A stretch of DNA of 64,000 nucleotides from the human T2T-CHM13v2.0 reference genome, Homo sapiens: NCBI RefSeq assembly GCF_009914755.1, contig NC_060931.1; one strand, given 5' to 3'. Of this stretch, positions 12,901-27,900 are shown in pieces (positions within the stretch are counted from its first letter, which is position 1; every line of letters begins with the position of its first letter). Below the pieces are notes generated by a model that worked only from the letters and a program-made list of their open reading frames with translations, did no database searches and was not told where the DNA came from. The translations under genes were made by a program, and so were the position numbers.

Positions 12901-15900
12901 GCCAACAGTAGAAAGGGAAATATCTTCAAATAAAAACCAGACAGAATCATTCTCAGAAAATTCTTTGTGATGTGTGCGTTCAACTCACATAGTTTAACCT
13001 TTCTCTTCATAGAGCAGTTTGGAAACACTCTGTTTGTAAAGTCTGCAAGTGGATATATGGACCGCATTGAGGCCTTCGTTGGAAACGGGATTTCTTCATT
13101 TCATGCTAGACAGAAGAATTCTCAGTAACTTCTTTGTGCTGTGTGTATTCAACTCACAGAGTGGAACGTCCCTTTGCACAGAGCAGATTTGAAACACTCT
13201 TTTTGTGGAGTTTGCAAGTGGAGATTTCAAGCGATTTGATGCCAACAGTAGAAAAGGAAATATCTTCAAATAAAAACTAGACAGAATCATTCTCAGAAAC
13301 TACTTTGTGATGTGTGCCTTCAACTCACAGAGTTTAACCTTTCTTTTCTTAGAGCAGTTTAGAAACACTCTGCTTGTTATGTCTGCAAGTGGATATTTGG
13401 ACCTCTTTGAGGCCTTCGTTGCAAACGGGGTTTCTTCCTTTCATGCTAGACTAAGAAGAGTTCTCAGTAACTTTTTTGTGTTGTGTGTATTCAACTCACA
13501 GAGTTGAACCTTGCTTTAGAGAGAGCAGATTTGAAACACTCTTGCTGTGGCATTTTCAGGTGGAGATTTCAAGCGATTTGAGGACAATTGCAGAAAAGGA
13601 AATATCTTCGTATAATAACCAGACAGAATCATTCTCAGAAAGTGCTTTGTGATGTGTGCGTTCAACTCACAGAGTTTAACCTTTCTTTTCATAGAGGAGT
13701 TTGGAAACACACTGTTTGTAAAGTCTGCAAGTGGAAATATGGACCTGTTTGAGGCCTTCGTTGGAAACGGGATTTCTTCATTGAATGCTAGACGGAAGAA
13801 TTCTCAGTAAATTCTTTGTGTTGTGTGCATTCAACTCACAGAGTGGAACGTCTCTTTAGACAGAGCAGATTTGAAACACTCTCTTTGCGGAATTTGCAAG
13901 TGGAGATTTCTAGCCATTTGATGCCAACAGTAGAAAGGGAAATATCTTCAAATAAAAACCAGACAGAATCATTCTCAGAAAATTCTTTGTGATGTGTGCG
14001 TTCAACTCACATAGTTTAACCTTTCTTTTCATAGAGCAGTTTGGAAACACTCTGTTTGTAAAGTCTGCAAGTGGATATATGGACCGCATTGAGGCCTTCG
14101 TTGGAAACGGGATTTCTTCATTTCATGCTAGACAGAAGAATTCTCAGTAACTTCTTTGTGCTGTGTGTATTCAACTCACAGAGTGGAACGTCCCTTTGCA
14201 CAGAGCAGATTTGAAACACTCTTTTTGTGGAGTTTGCAAGTGGAGATTTCAAGCGATTTGATGCCAACAGTAGAAAAGGAAATATCTTCAAATAAAAACT
14301 AGACAGAATCATCCTCAGAAACTACTTTGTGATGTGTGCCTTCAACTCACAGAGTTTAACCTTTCTTTTCTTAGAGCAGTTTAGAAACACTCTGCTTGTT
14401 ATGTCTGCAAGTGGATATTTGGACCTCTTTGTGGCCTTCGTTGCAAACGGGGTTTCTTCCTTTCATGCTAGACTAAGAAGAGTTCTCAGTAACTTTTTTG
14501 TGTTGTGTGTATTCAACTCACAGAGTTGAACCTTGCTTTAGAGAGAGCAGATTTGAAACACTCTTGCTGTGGCATTTTCAGGTGGAGATTTCAAGCGATT
14601 TGAGGACAATTGCAGAAAAGGAAATATCTTCGTATAATAACCAGACAGAATCATTCTCAGAAAGTGCTTTGTGATGTGTGCGTTCAACTCACAGAGTTTA
14701 ACCTTTCTTTTCATAGAGGAGTTTGGAAACACACTGTTTGTAAAGTCTGCAAGTGGATATATGGACCTGTTTGAGGCCTTCGTTGGAAACGGGATTTCTT
14801 CATTGAATGCTAGACGGAAGAATTCTCAGTAAATTCTTTGTGTTGTGTGCATTCAACTCACAGAGTGGAACGTCCCTTTAGACAGAGCAGATTTGAAACA
14901 CTCTTTTTGCGGAATTTGCAAGTGGAGATTTCTAGCCATTTGATGCCAACAGTAGAAAGGGAAATATCTTCAAATAAAAACCAGACAGAATCATTCTCAG
15001 AAAATTCTTTGTGATGTGTGCGTTCAACTCACATAGTTTAACCTTTCTTTTCATAGAGCAGTTTGGAAACACTCTGTTTGTAAAGTCTGCAAGTGGATAT
15101 ATGGACCGCATTGAGGCCTTCGTTGGAAACGGGATTTCTTCATTTCATGCTAGACAGAAGAATTCTCAGTAACTTCTTTGTGCTGTGTGTATTCAACTCA
15201 CAGAGTGGAACGTCCCTTTGCACAGAGCAGATTTGAAACACTCTTTTTGTGGAGTTTGCAAGTGGAGATTTCAAGCGATTTGATGCCAACAGTAGAAAAG
15301 GAAATATCTTCAAATAAAAACTAGACAGAATCATTCTCAGAAACTACTTTGTGATGTGTGCCTTCAACTCACAGAGTTTAACCTTTCTTTTCTTAGAGCA
15401 GTTTAGAAACACTCTGCTTGTTCCGTCTGCAAGTGGATATTTGGACCTCTTTGAGGCCTTCGTTGCAAACGGGGTTTCTTCCTTTCATGCTAGACTAAGA
15501 AGAGTTCTCAGTAACTTTTTTGTGTTGTGTGTATTCAACTCACAGAGTTGAACCTTGCTTTAGAGAGAGCAGATTTGAAACACTCTTGCTGTGGCATTTT
15601 CAGGTGGAGATTTCAAGCGATTTGAGGACAATTGCAGAAAAGGAAATATCTTCGTATAATAACCAGACAGAATCATTCTCAGAAAGTGCTTTGTGATGTG
15701 TGCGTTCAACTCACAGAGTTTAACCTTTCTTTTCATAGAGGAGTTTGGAAACACACTGTTTGTAAAGTCTGTAAGTGGATATATGGACCTGTTTGAGGCC
15801 TTCGTTGGAAACGGGATTTCTTCATTGAATGCTAGACGGAAGAATTCTCAGTAAATTCTTTGTGTTGTGTGCATTCAACTCACAGAGTGGAACGTCCCTT

Positions 15901-18900
15901 TAGACAGAGCAGATTTGAAACACTCTTTTTGCGGAATTTGCAAGTGGAGATTTCTAGCCATTTGATGCCAACAGTAGAAAGGGAAATATCTTCAAATAAA
16001 AACCAGACAGAATCATTCTCAGAAAATTCTTTGTGATGTGTGCGTTCAACTCACATAGTTTAACCTTTCTCTTCATAGAGCAGTTTGGAAACACTCTGTT
16101 TGTAAAGTCTGCAAGTGGATATATGGACCGCATTGAGGCCTTCGTTGGAAACGGGATTTCTTCATTTCATGCTAGACAGAAGAATTCTCAGTAACTTCTT
16201 TGTGCTGTGTGTATTCAACTCACAGAGTGGAACGTCCCTTTGCACAGAGCAGATTTGAAACACTCTTTTTGTGGAGTTTGCAAGTGGAGATTTCAAGCGA
16301 TTTGATGCCAACAGTAGAAAAGGAAATATCTTCAAATAAAAACTAGACAGAATCATTCTCAGAAACTACTTTGTGATGTGTGCCTTCAACTCACAGAGTT
16401 TAACCTTTCTTTTCTTAGAGCAGTTTAGAAACACTCTGCTTGTTATGTCTGCAAGTGGATATTTGGACCTCTTTGAGGCCTTCGTTGCAAACGGGGTTTC
16501 TTCCTTTCATGCTAGACTAAGAAGAGTTCTCAGTAACTTTTTTGTGTTGTGTGTATTCAACTCACAGAGTTGAACCTTGCTTTAGAGAGAGCAGATTTGA
16601 AACACTCTTGCTGTGGCATTTTCAGGTGGAGATTTCAAGCGATTTGAGGACAATTGCAGAAAAGGAAATATCTTCGTATAATAACCAGACAGAATCATTC
16701 TCAGAAAGTGCTTTGTGATGTGTGCGTTCAACTCACAGAGTTTAACCTTTCTTTTCATAGAGGAGTTTGGAAACACACTGTTTGTAAAGTCTGCAAGTGG
16801 AAATATGGACCTGTTTGAGGCCTTCGTTGGAAACGGGATTTCTTCATTGAATGCTAGACGGAAGAATTCTCAGTAAATTCTTTGTGTTGTGTGCATTCAA
16901 CTCACAGAGTGGAACGTCTCTTTAGACAGAGCAGATTTGAAACACTCTCTTTGCGGAATTTGCAAGTGGAGATTTCTAGCCATTTGATGCCAACAGTAGA
17001 AAGGGAAATATCTTCAAATAAAAACCAGACAGAATCATTCTCAGAAAATTCTTTGTGATGTGTGCGTTCAACTCACATAGTTTAACCTTTCTTTTCATAG
17101 AGCAGTTTGGAAACACTCTGTTTGTAAAGTCTGCAAGTGGATATATGGACCGCATTGAGGCCTTCGTTGGAAACGGGATTTCTTCATTTCATGCTAGACA
17201 GAAGAATTCTCAGTAACTTCTTTGTGCTGTGTGTATTCAACTCACAGAGTGGAACGTCCCTTTGCACAGAGCAGATTTGAAACACTCTTTTTGTGGAGTT
17301 TGCAAGTGGAGATTTCAAGCGATTTGATGCCAACAGTAGAAAAGGAAATATCTTCAAATAAAAACTAGACAGAATCATCCTCAGAAACTACTTTGTGATG
17401 TGTGCCTTCAACTCACAGAGTTTAACCTTTCTTTTCTTAGAGCAGTTTAGAAACACTCTGCTTGTTATGTCTGCAAGTGGATATTTGGACCTCTTTGTGG
17501 CCTTCGTTGCAAACGGGGTTTCTTCCTTTCATGCTAGACTAAGAAGAGTTCTCAGTAACTTTTTTGTGTTGTGTGTATTCAACTCACAGAGTTGAACCTT
17601 GCTTTAGAGAGAGCAGATTTGAAACACTCTTGCTGTGGCATTTTCAGGTGGAGATTTCAAGCGATTTGAGGACAATTGCAGAAAAGGAAATATCTTCGTA
17701 TAATAACCAGACAGAATCATTCTCAGAAAGTGCTTTGTGATGTGTGCGTTCAACTCACAGAGTTTAACCTTTCTTTTCATAGAGGAGTTTGGAAACACAC
17801 TGTTTGTAAAGTCTGCAAGTGGATATATGGACCTGTTTGAGGCCTTCTTTGGAAACGGGATTTCTTCATTGAATGCTAGACGGAAGAATTCTCAGTAAAT
17901 TCTTTGTGTTGTGTGCATTCAACTCACAGAGTGGAACGTCCCTTTAGACAGAGCAGATTTGAAACACTCTTTTTGCGGAATTTGCAAGTGGAGATTTCTA
18001 GCCATTTGATGCCAACAGTAGAAAGGGAAATATCTTCAAATAAAAACCAGACAGAATCATTCTCAGAAAATTCTTTGTGATGTGTGCGTTCAACTCACAT
18101 AGTTTAACCTTTCTCTTCATAGAGCAGTTTGGAAACACTCTGTTTGTAAAGTCTGCAAGTGGATATATGGACCGCATTGAGGCCTTCGTTGGAAACGGGA
18201 TTTCTTCATTTCATGCTAGACAGAAGAATTCTCAGTAACTTCTTTGTGCTGTGTGTATTCAACTCACAGAGTGGAACGTCCCTTTGCACAGAGCAGATTT
18301 GAAACACTCTTTTTGTGGAGTTTGCAAGTGGAGATTTCAAGCGATTTGATGCCAACAGTAGAAAAGGAAATATCTTCAAATAAAAACTAGACAGAATCAT
18401 TCTCAGAAACTACTTTGTGATGTGTGCCTTCAACTCACAGAGTTTAACCTTTCTTTTCTTAGAGCAGTTTAGAAACACTCTGCTTGTTCCGTCTGCAAGT
18501 GGATATTTGGACCTCTTTGAGGCCTTCGTTGCAAACGGGGTTTCTTCCTTTCATGCTAGACTAAGAAGAGTTCTCAGTAACTTTTTTGTGTTGTGTGTAT
18601 TCAACTCACAGAGTTGAACCTTGCTTTAGAGAGAGCAGATTTGAAACACTCTTGCTGTGGCATTTTCAGGTGGAGATTTCAAGCGATTTGAGGACAATTG
18701 CAGAAAAGGAAATATCTTCGTATAATAACCAGACAGAATCATTCTCAGAAAGTGCTTTGTGATGTGTGCGTTCAACTCACAGAGTTTAACCTTTCTTTTC
18801 ATAGAGGAGTTTGGAAACACACTGTTTGTAAAGTCTGTAAGTGGATATATGGACCTGTTTGAGGCCTTCGTTGGAAACGGGATTTCTTCATTGAATGCTA

Positions 18901-21900
18901 GACGGAAGAATTCTCAGTAAATTCTTTGTGTTGTGTGCATTCAACTCACAGAGTGGAACGTCCCTTTAGACAGAGCAGATTTGAAACACTCTTTTTGCGG
19001 AATTTGCAAGTGGAGATTTCTAGCCATTTGATGCCAACAGTAGAAAGGGAAATATCTTCAAATAAAAACCAGACAGAATCATTCTCAGAAAATTCTTTGT
19101 GATGTGTGCGTTCAACTCACATAGTTTAACCTTTCTCTTCATAGAGCAGTTTGGAAACACTCTGTTTGTAAAGTCTGCAAGTGGATATATGGACCGCATT
19201 GAGGCCTTCGTTGGAAACGGGATTTCTTCATTTCATGCTAGACAGAAGAATTCTCAGTAACTTCTTTGTGCTGTGTGTATTCAACTCACAGAGTGGAACG
19301 TCCCTTTGCACAGAGCAGATTTGAAACACTCTTTTTGTGGAGTTTGCAAGTGGAGATTTCAAGCGATTTGATGCCAACAGTAGAAAAGGAAATATCTTCA
19401 AATAAAAACTAGACAGAATCATTCTCAGAAACTACTTTGTGATGTGTGCCTTCAACTCACAGAGTTTAACCTTTCTTTTCTTAGAGCAGTTTAGAAACAC
19501 TCTGCTTGTTATGTCTGCAAGTGGATATTTGGACCTCTTTGTGGCCTTCGTTGCAAACGGGGTTTCTTCCTTTCATGCTAGACTAAGAAGAGTTCTCAGT
19601 AACTTTTTTGTGTTGTGTGTATTCAACTCACAGAGTTGAACCTTGCTTTAGAGAGAGCAGATTTGAAACACTCTTGCTGTGGCATTTTCAGGTGGAGATT
19701 TCAAGCGATTTGAGGACAATTGCAGAAAAGGAAATATCTTCGTATAATAACCAGACAGAATCATTCTCAGAAAGTGCTTTGTGATGTGTGCGTTCAACTC
19801 ACAGAGTTTAACCTTTCTTTTCATAGAGGAGTTTGGAAACACACTGTTTGTAAAGTCTGCAAGTGGATATATGGACCTGTTTGAGGCCTTCGTTGGAAAC
19901 GGGATTTCTTCATTGAATGCTAGACGGAAGAATTCTCAGTAAATTCTTTGTGTTGTGTGCATTCAACTCACAGAGTGGAACGTCCCTTTAGACAGAGCAG
20001 ATTTGAAACACTCTTTTTGCGGAATTTGCAAGTGGAGATTTCTAGCCATTTGATGCCAACAGTAGAAAGGGAAATATCTTCAAATAAAAACCAGACAGAA
20101 TCATTCTCAGAAAATTCTTTGTGATGTGTGCGTTCAACTCACATAGTTTAACCTTTCTCTTCATAGAGCAGTTTGGAAACACTCTGTTTGTAAAGTCTGC
20201 AAGTGGATATATGGACCGCATTGAGGCCTTCGTTGGAAACGGGATTTCTTCATTTCATGCTAGACAGAAGAATTCTCAGTAACTTCTTTGTGCTGTGTGT
20301 ATTCAACTCACAGAGTGGAACGTCCCTTTGCACAGAGCAGATTTGAAACACTCTTTTTGTGGAGTTTGCAAGTGGAGATTTCAAGCGATTTCATGCCAAC
20401 AGTAGAAAAGGAAATATCTTCAAATAAAAACTAGACAGAATCATTCTCAGAAACTACTTTGTGATGTGTGCCTTCAACTCACAGAGTTTAACCTTTCTTT
20501 TCTTAGAGCAGTTTAGAAACACTCTGCTTGTTATGTCTGCAAGTGGATATTTGGACCTCTTTGAGGCCTTCGTTGCAAACGGGGTTTCTTCCTTTCATGC
20601 TAGACTAAGAAGAGTTCTCAGTAACTTTTTTGTGTTGTGTGTATTCAACTCACAGAGTTGAACCTTGCTTTAGAGAGAGCAGATTTGAAACACTCTTGCT
20701 GTGGCATTTTCAGGTGGAGATTTCAAGCGATTTGAGGACAATTGCAGAAAAGGAAATATCTTCGTATAATAACCAGACAGAATCATTCTCAGAAAGTGCT
20801 TTGTGATGTGTGCGTTCAACTCACAGAGTTTAACCTTTCTTTTCATAGAGGAGTTTGGAAACACACTGTTTGTAAAGTCTGCAAGTGGATATATGGACCT
20901 GTTTGAGGCCTTCGTTGGAAACGGGATTTCTTCATTGAATGCTAGACGGAAGAATTCTCAGTAAATTCTTTGTGTTGTGTGCATTCAACTCACAGAGTGG
21001 AACGTCCCTTTAGACAGAGCAGATTTGAAACACTCTTTTTGCGGAATTTGCAAGTGGAGATTTCTAGCCATTTGATGCCAACAGTAGAAAGGGAAATATC
21101 TTCAAATAAAAACCAGACAGAATCATTCTCAGAAAATTCTTTGTGATGTGTGCGTTCAACTCACATAGTTTAACCTTTCTCTTCATAGAGCAGTTTGGAA
21201 ACACTCTGTTTGTAAAGTCTGCAAGTGGATATATGGACCGCATTGAGGCCTTCGTTGGAAACGGGATTTCTTCATTTCATGCTAGACAGAAGAATTCTCA
21301 GTAACTTCTTTGTGCTGTGTGTATTCAACTCACAGAGTGGAACGTCCCTTTGCACAGAGCAGATTTGAAACACTCTTTTTGTGGAGTTTGCAAGTGGAGA
21401 TTTCAAGCGATTTGATGCCAACAGTAGAAAAGGAAATATCTTCAAATAAAAACTAGACAGAATCATTCTCAGAAACTACTTTGTGATGTGTGCCTTCAAC
21501 TCACAGAGTTTAACCTTTCTTTTCTTAGAGCAGTTTAGAAACACTCTGCTTGTTATGTCTGCAAGTGGATATTTGGACCTCTTTGTGGCCTTCGTTGCAA
21601 ACGGGGTTTCTTCCTTTCATGCTAGACTAAGAAGAGTTCTCAGTAACTTTTTTGTGTTGTGTGTATTCAACTCACAGAGTTGAACCTTGCTTTAGAGAGA
21701 GCAGATTTGAAACACTCTTGCTGTGGCATTTTCAGGTGGAGATTTCAAGCGATTTGAGGACAATTGCAGAAAAGGAAATATCTTCGTATAATAACCAGAC
21801 AGAATCATTCTCAGAAAGTGCTTTGTGATGTGTGCGTTCAACTCACAGAGTTTAACCTTTCTTTTCATAGAGGAGTTTGGAAACACACTGTTTGTAAAGT

Positions 21901-24900
21901 CTGCAAGTGGATATATGGACCTGTTTGAGGCCTTCGTTGGAAACGGGATTTCTTCATTGAATGCTAGACGGAAGAATTCTCAGTAAATTCTTTGTGTTGT
22001 GTGCATTCAACTCACAGAGTGGAACGTCCCTTTAGACAGAGCAGATTTGAAACACTCTTTTTGCGGAATTTGCAAGTGGAGATTTCTAGCCATTTGATGC
22101 CAACAGTAGAAAGGGAAATATCTTCAAATAAAAACCAGACAGAATCATTCTCAGAAAATTCTTTGTGATGTGTGCGTTCAACTCACATAGTTTAACCTTT
22201 CTTTTCATAGAGCAGTTTGGAAACACTCTGTTTGTAAAGTCTGCAAGTGGATATATGGACCGCATTGAGGCCTTCGTTGGAAACGGGATTTCTTCATTTC
22301 ATGCTAGACAGAAGAATTCTCAGTAACTTCTTTGTGCTGTGTGTATTCAACTCACAGAGTGGAACGTCCCTTTGCACAGAGCAGATTTGAAACACTCTTT
22401 TTGTGGAGTTTGCAAGTGGAGATTTCAAGCGATTTGATGCCAACAGTAGAAAAGGAAATATCTTCAAATAAAAACTAGACAGAATCATTCTCAGAAACTA
22501 CTTTGTGATGTGTGCCTTCAACTCACAGAGTTTAACCTTTCTTTTCTTAGAGCAGTTTAGAAACACTCTGCTTGTTATGTCTGCAAGTGGATATTTGGAC
22601 CTCTTTGAGGCCTTCGTTGCAAACGGGGTTTCTTCCTTTCATGCTAGACTAAGAAGAGTTCTCAGTAACTTTTTTGTGTTGTGTGTATTCAACTCACAGA
22701 GTTGAACCTTGCTTTAGAGAGAGCAGATTTGAAACACTCTTGCTGTGGCATTTTCAGGTGGAGATTTCAAGCGATTTGAGGACAATTGCAGAAAAGGAAA
22801 TATCTTCGTATAATAACCAGACAGAATCATTCTCAGAAAGTGCTTTGTGATGTGTGCGTTCAACTCACAGAGTTTAACCTTTCTTTTCATAGAGGAGTTT
22901 GGAAACACACTGTTTGTAAAGTCTGCAAGTGGATATATGGACCTGTTTGAGGCCTTCGTTGGAAACGGGATTTCTTCATTGAATGCTAGACGGAAGAATT
23001 CTCAGTAAATTCTTTGTGTTGTGTGCATTCAACTCACAGAGTGGAACGTCCCTTTAGACAGAGCAGATTTGAAACACTCTTTTTGCGGAATTTGCAAGTG
23101 GAGATTTCTAGCCATTTGATGCCAACAGTAGAAAGGGAAATATCTTCAAATAAAAACCAGACAGAATCATTCTCAGAAAATTCTTTGTGATGTGTGCGTT
23201 CAACTCACATAGTTTAACCTTTCTCTTCATAGAGCAGTTTGGAAACACTCTGTTTGTAAAGTCTGCAAGTGGATATATGGACCGCATTGAGGCCTTCGTT
23301 GGAAACGGGATTTCTTCATTTCATGCTAGACAGAAGAATTCTCAGTAACTTCTTTGTGCTGTGTGTATTCAACTCACAGAGTGGAACGTCCCTTTGCACA
23401 GAGCAGATTTGAAACACTCTTTTTGTGGAGTTTGCAAGTGGAGATTTCAAGCGATTTCATGCCAACAGTAGAAAAGGAAATATCTTCAAATAAAAACTAG
23501 ACAGAATCATTCTCAGAAACTACTTTGTGATGTGTGCCTTCAACTCACAGAGTTTAACCTTTCTTTTCTTAGAGCAGTTTAGAAACACTCTGCTTGTTAT
23601 GTCTGCAAGTGGATATTTGGACCTCTTTGAGGCCTTCGTTGCAAACGGGGTTTCTTCCTTTCATGCTAGACTAAGAAGAGTTCTCAGTAACTTTTTTGTG
23701 TTGTGTGTATTCAACTCACAGAGTTGAACCTTGCTTTAGAGAGAGCAGATTTGAAACACTCTTGCTGTGGCATTTTCAGGTGGAGATTTCAAGCGATTTG
23801 AGGACAATTGCAGAAAAGGAAATATCTTCGTATAATAACCAGACAGAATCATTCTCAGAAAGTGCTTTGTGATGTGTGCGTTCAACTCACAGAGTTTAAC
23901 CTTTCTTTTCATAGAGGAGTTTGGAAACACACTGTTTGTAAAGTCTGCAAGTGGATATATGGACCTGTTTGAGGCCTTCGTTGGAAACGGGATTTCTTCA
24001 TTGAATGCTAGACGGAAGAATTCTCAGTAAATTCTTTGTGTTGTGTGCATTCAACTCACAGAGTGGAACGTCTCTTTAGACAGAGCAGATTTGAAACACT
24101 CTTTTTGCGGAATTTGCAAGTGGAGATTTCTAGCCATTTGATGCCAACAGTAGAAAGGGAAATATCTTCAAATAAAAACCAGACAGAATCATTCTCAGAA
24201 AATTCTTTGTGATGTGTGCGTTCAACTCACATAGTTTAACCTTTCTCTTCATAGAGCAGTTTGGAAACACTCTGTTTGTAAAGTCTGCAAGTGGATATAT
24301 GGACCGCATTGAGGCCTTCGTTGGAAACGGGATTTCTTCATTTCATGCTAGACAGAAGAATTCTCAGTAACTTCTTTGTGCTGTGTGTATTCAACTCACA
24401 GAGTGGAACGTCCCTTTGCACAGAGCAGATTTGAAACACTCTTTTTGTGGAGTTTGCAAGTGGAGATTTCAAGCGATTTGATGCCAACAGTAGAAAAGGA
24501 AATATCTTCAAATAAAAACTAGACAGAATCATTCTCAGAAACTACTTTGTGATGTGTGCCTTCAACTCACAGAGTTTAACCTTTCTTTTCTTAGAGCAGT
24601 TTAGAAACACTCTGCTTGTTATGTCTGCAAGTGGATATTTGGACCTCTTTGTGGCCTTCGTTGCAAACGGGGTTTCTTCCTTTCATGCTAGACTAAGAAG
24701 AGTTCTCAGTAACTTTTTTGTGTTGTGTGTATTCAACTCACAGAGTTGAACCTTGCTTTAGAGAGAGCAGATTTGAAACACTCTTGCTGTGGCATTTTCA
24801 GGTGGAGATTTCAAGCGATTTGAGGACAATTGCAGAAAAGGAAATATCTTCGTATAATAACCAGACAGAATCATTCTCAGAAAGTGCTTTGTGATGTGTG

Positions 24901-27900
24901 CGTTCAACTCACAGAGTTTAACCTTTCTTTTCATAGAGGAGTTTGGAAACACACTGTTTGTAAAGTCTGCAAGTGGATATATGGACCTGTTTGAGGCCTT
25001 CGTTGGAAACGGGATTTCTTCATTGAATGCTAGACGGAAGAATTCTCAGTAAATTCTTTGTGTTGTGTGCATTCAACTCACAGAGTGGAACGTCCCTTTA
25101 GACAGAGCAGATTTGAAACACTCTTTTTGCGGAATTTGCAAGTGGAGATTTCTAGCCATTTGATGCCAACAGTAGAAAGGGAAATATCTTCAAATAAAAA
25201 CCAGACAGAATCATTCTCAGAAAATTCTTTGTGATGTGTGCGTTCAACTCACATAGTTTAACCTTTCTTTTCATAGAGCAGTTTGGAAACACTCTGTTTG
25301 TAAAGTCTGCAAGTGGATATATGGACCGCATTGAGGCCTTCGTTGGAAACGGGATTTCTTCATTTCATGCTAGACAGAAGAATTCTCAGTAACTTCTTTG
25401 TGCTGTGTGTATTCAACTCACAGAGTGGAACGTCCCTTTGCACAGAGCAGATTTGAAACACTCTTTTTGTGGAGTTTGCAAGTGGAGATTTCAAGCGATT
25501 TGATGCCAACAGTAGAAAAGGAAATATCTTCAAATAAAAACTAGACAGAATCATTCTCAGAAACTACTTTGTGATGTGTGCCTTCAACTCACAGAGTTTA
25601 ACCTTTCTTTTCTTAGAGCAGTTTAGAAACACTCTGCTTGTTATGTCTGCAAGTGGATATTTGGACCTCTTTGAGGCCTTCGTTGCAAACGGGGTTTCTT
25701 CCTTTCATGCTAGACTAAGAAGAGTTCTCAGTAACTTTTTTGTGTTGTGTGTATTCAACTCACAGAGTTGAACCTTGCTTTAGAGAGAGCAGATTTGAAA
25801 CACTCTTGCTGTGGCATTTTCAGGTGGAGATTTCAAGCGATTTGAGGACAATTGCAGAAAAGGAAATATCTTCGTATAATAACCAGACAGAATCATTCTC
25901 AGAAAGTGCTTTGTGATGTGTGCGTTCAACTCACAGAGTTTAACCTTTCTTTTCATAGAGGAGTTTGGAAACACACTGTTTGTAAAGTCTGCAAGTGGAA
26001 ATATGGACCTGTTTGAGGCCTTCGTTGGAAACGGGATTTCTTCATTGAATGCTAGACGGAAGAATTCTCAGTAAATTCTTTGTGTTGTGTGCATTCAACT
26101 CACAGAGTGGAACGTCTCTTTAGACAGAGCAGATTTGAAACACTCTTTTTGCGGAATTTGCAAGTGGAGATTTCTAGCCATTTGATGCCAACAGTAGAAA
26201 GGGAAATATCTTCAAATAAAAACCAGACAGAATCATTCTCAGAAAATTCTTTGTGATGTGTGCGTTCAACTCACATAGTTTAACCTTTCTTTTCATAGAG
26301 CAGTTTGGAAACACTCTGTTTGTAAAGTCTGCAAGTGGATATATGGACCGCATTGAGGCCTTCGTTGGAAACGGGATTTCTTCATTTCATGCTAGACAGA
26401 AGAATTCTCAGTAACTTCTTTGTGCTGTGTGTATTCAACTCACAGAGTGGAACGTCCCTTTGCACAGAGCAGATTTGAAACACTCTTTTTGTGGAGTTTG
26501 CAAGTGGAGATTTCAAGCGATTTGATGCCAACAGTAGAAAAGGAAATATCTTCAAATAAAAACTAGACAGAATCATTCTCAGAAACTACTTTGTGATGTG
26601 TGCCTTCAACTCACAGAGTTTAACCTTTCTTTTCTTAGAGCAGTTTAGAAACACTCTGCTTGTTATGTCTGCAAGTGGATATTTGGACCTCTTTGTGGCC
26701 TTCGTTGCAAACGGGGTTTCTTCCTTTCATGCTAGACTAAGAAGAGTTCTCAGTAACTTTTTTGTGTTGTGTGTATTCAACTCACAGAGTTGAACCTTGC
26801 TTTAGAGAGAGCAGATTTGAAACACTCTTGCTGTGGCATTTTCAGGTGGAGATTTCAAGCGATTTGAGGACAATTGCAGAAAAGGAAATATCTTCGTATA
26901 ATAACCAGACAGAATCATTCTCAGAAAGTGCTTTGTGATGTGTGCGTTCAACTCACAGAGTTTAACCTTTCTTTTCATAGAGGAGTTTGGAAACACACTG
27001 TTTGTAAAGTCTGCAAGTGGATATATGGACCTGTTTGAGGCCTTCGTTGGAAACGGGATTTCTTCATTGAATGCTAGACGGAAGAATTCTCAGTAAATTC
27101 TTTGTGTTGTGTGCATTCAACTCACAGAGTGGAACGTCCCTTTAGACAGAGCAGATTTGAAACACTCTTTTTGCGGAATTTGCAAGTGGAGATTTCTAGC
27201 CATTTGATGCCAACAGTAGAAAGGGAAATATCTTCAAATAAAAACCAGACAGAATCATTCTCAGAAAATTCTTTGTGATGTGTGCGTTCAACTCACATAG
27301 TTTAACCTTTCTTTTCATAGAGCAGTTTGGAAACACTCTGTTTGTAAAGTCTGCAAGTGGATATATGGACCGCATTGAGGCCTTCGTTGGAAACGGGATT
27401 TCTTCATTTCATGCTAGACAGAAGAATTCTCAGTAACTTCTTTGTGCTGTGTGTATTCAACTCACAGAGTGGAACGTCCCTTTGCACAGAGCAGATTTGA
27501 AACACTCTTTTTGTGGAGTTTGCAAGTGGAGATTTCAAGCGATTTCATGCCAACAGTAGAAAAGGAAATATCTTCAAATAAAAACTAGACAGAATCATTC
27601 TCAGAAACTACTTTGTGATGTGTGCCTTCAACTCACAGAGTTTAACCTTTCTTTTCTTAGAGCAGTTTAGAAACACTCTGCTTGTTATGTCTGCAAGTGG
27701 ATATTTGGACCTCTTTGAGGCCTTCGTTGCAAACGGGGTTTCTTCCTTTCATGCTAGACTAAGAAGAGTTCTCAGTAACTTTTTTGTGTTGTGTGTATTC
27801 AACTCACAGAGTTGAACCTTGCTTTAGAGAGAGCAGATTTGAAACACTCTTGCTGTGGCATTTTCAGGTGGAGATTTCAAGCGATTTGAGGACAATTGCA

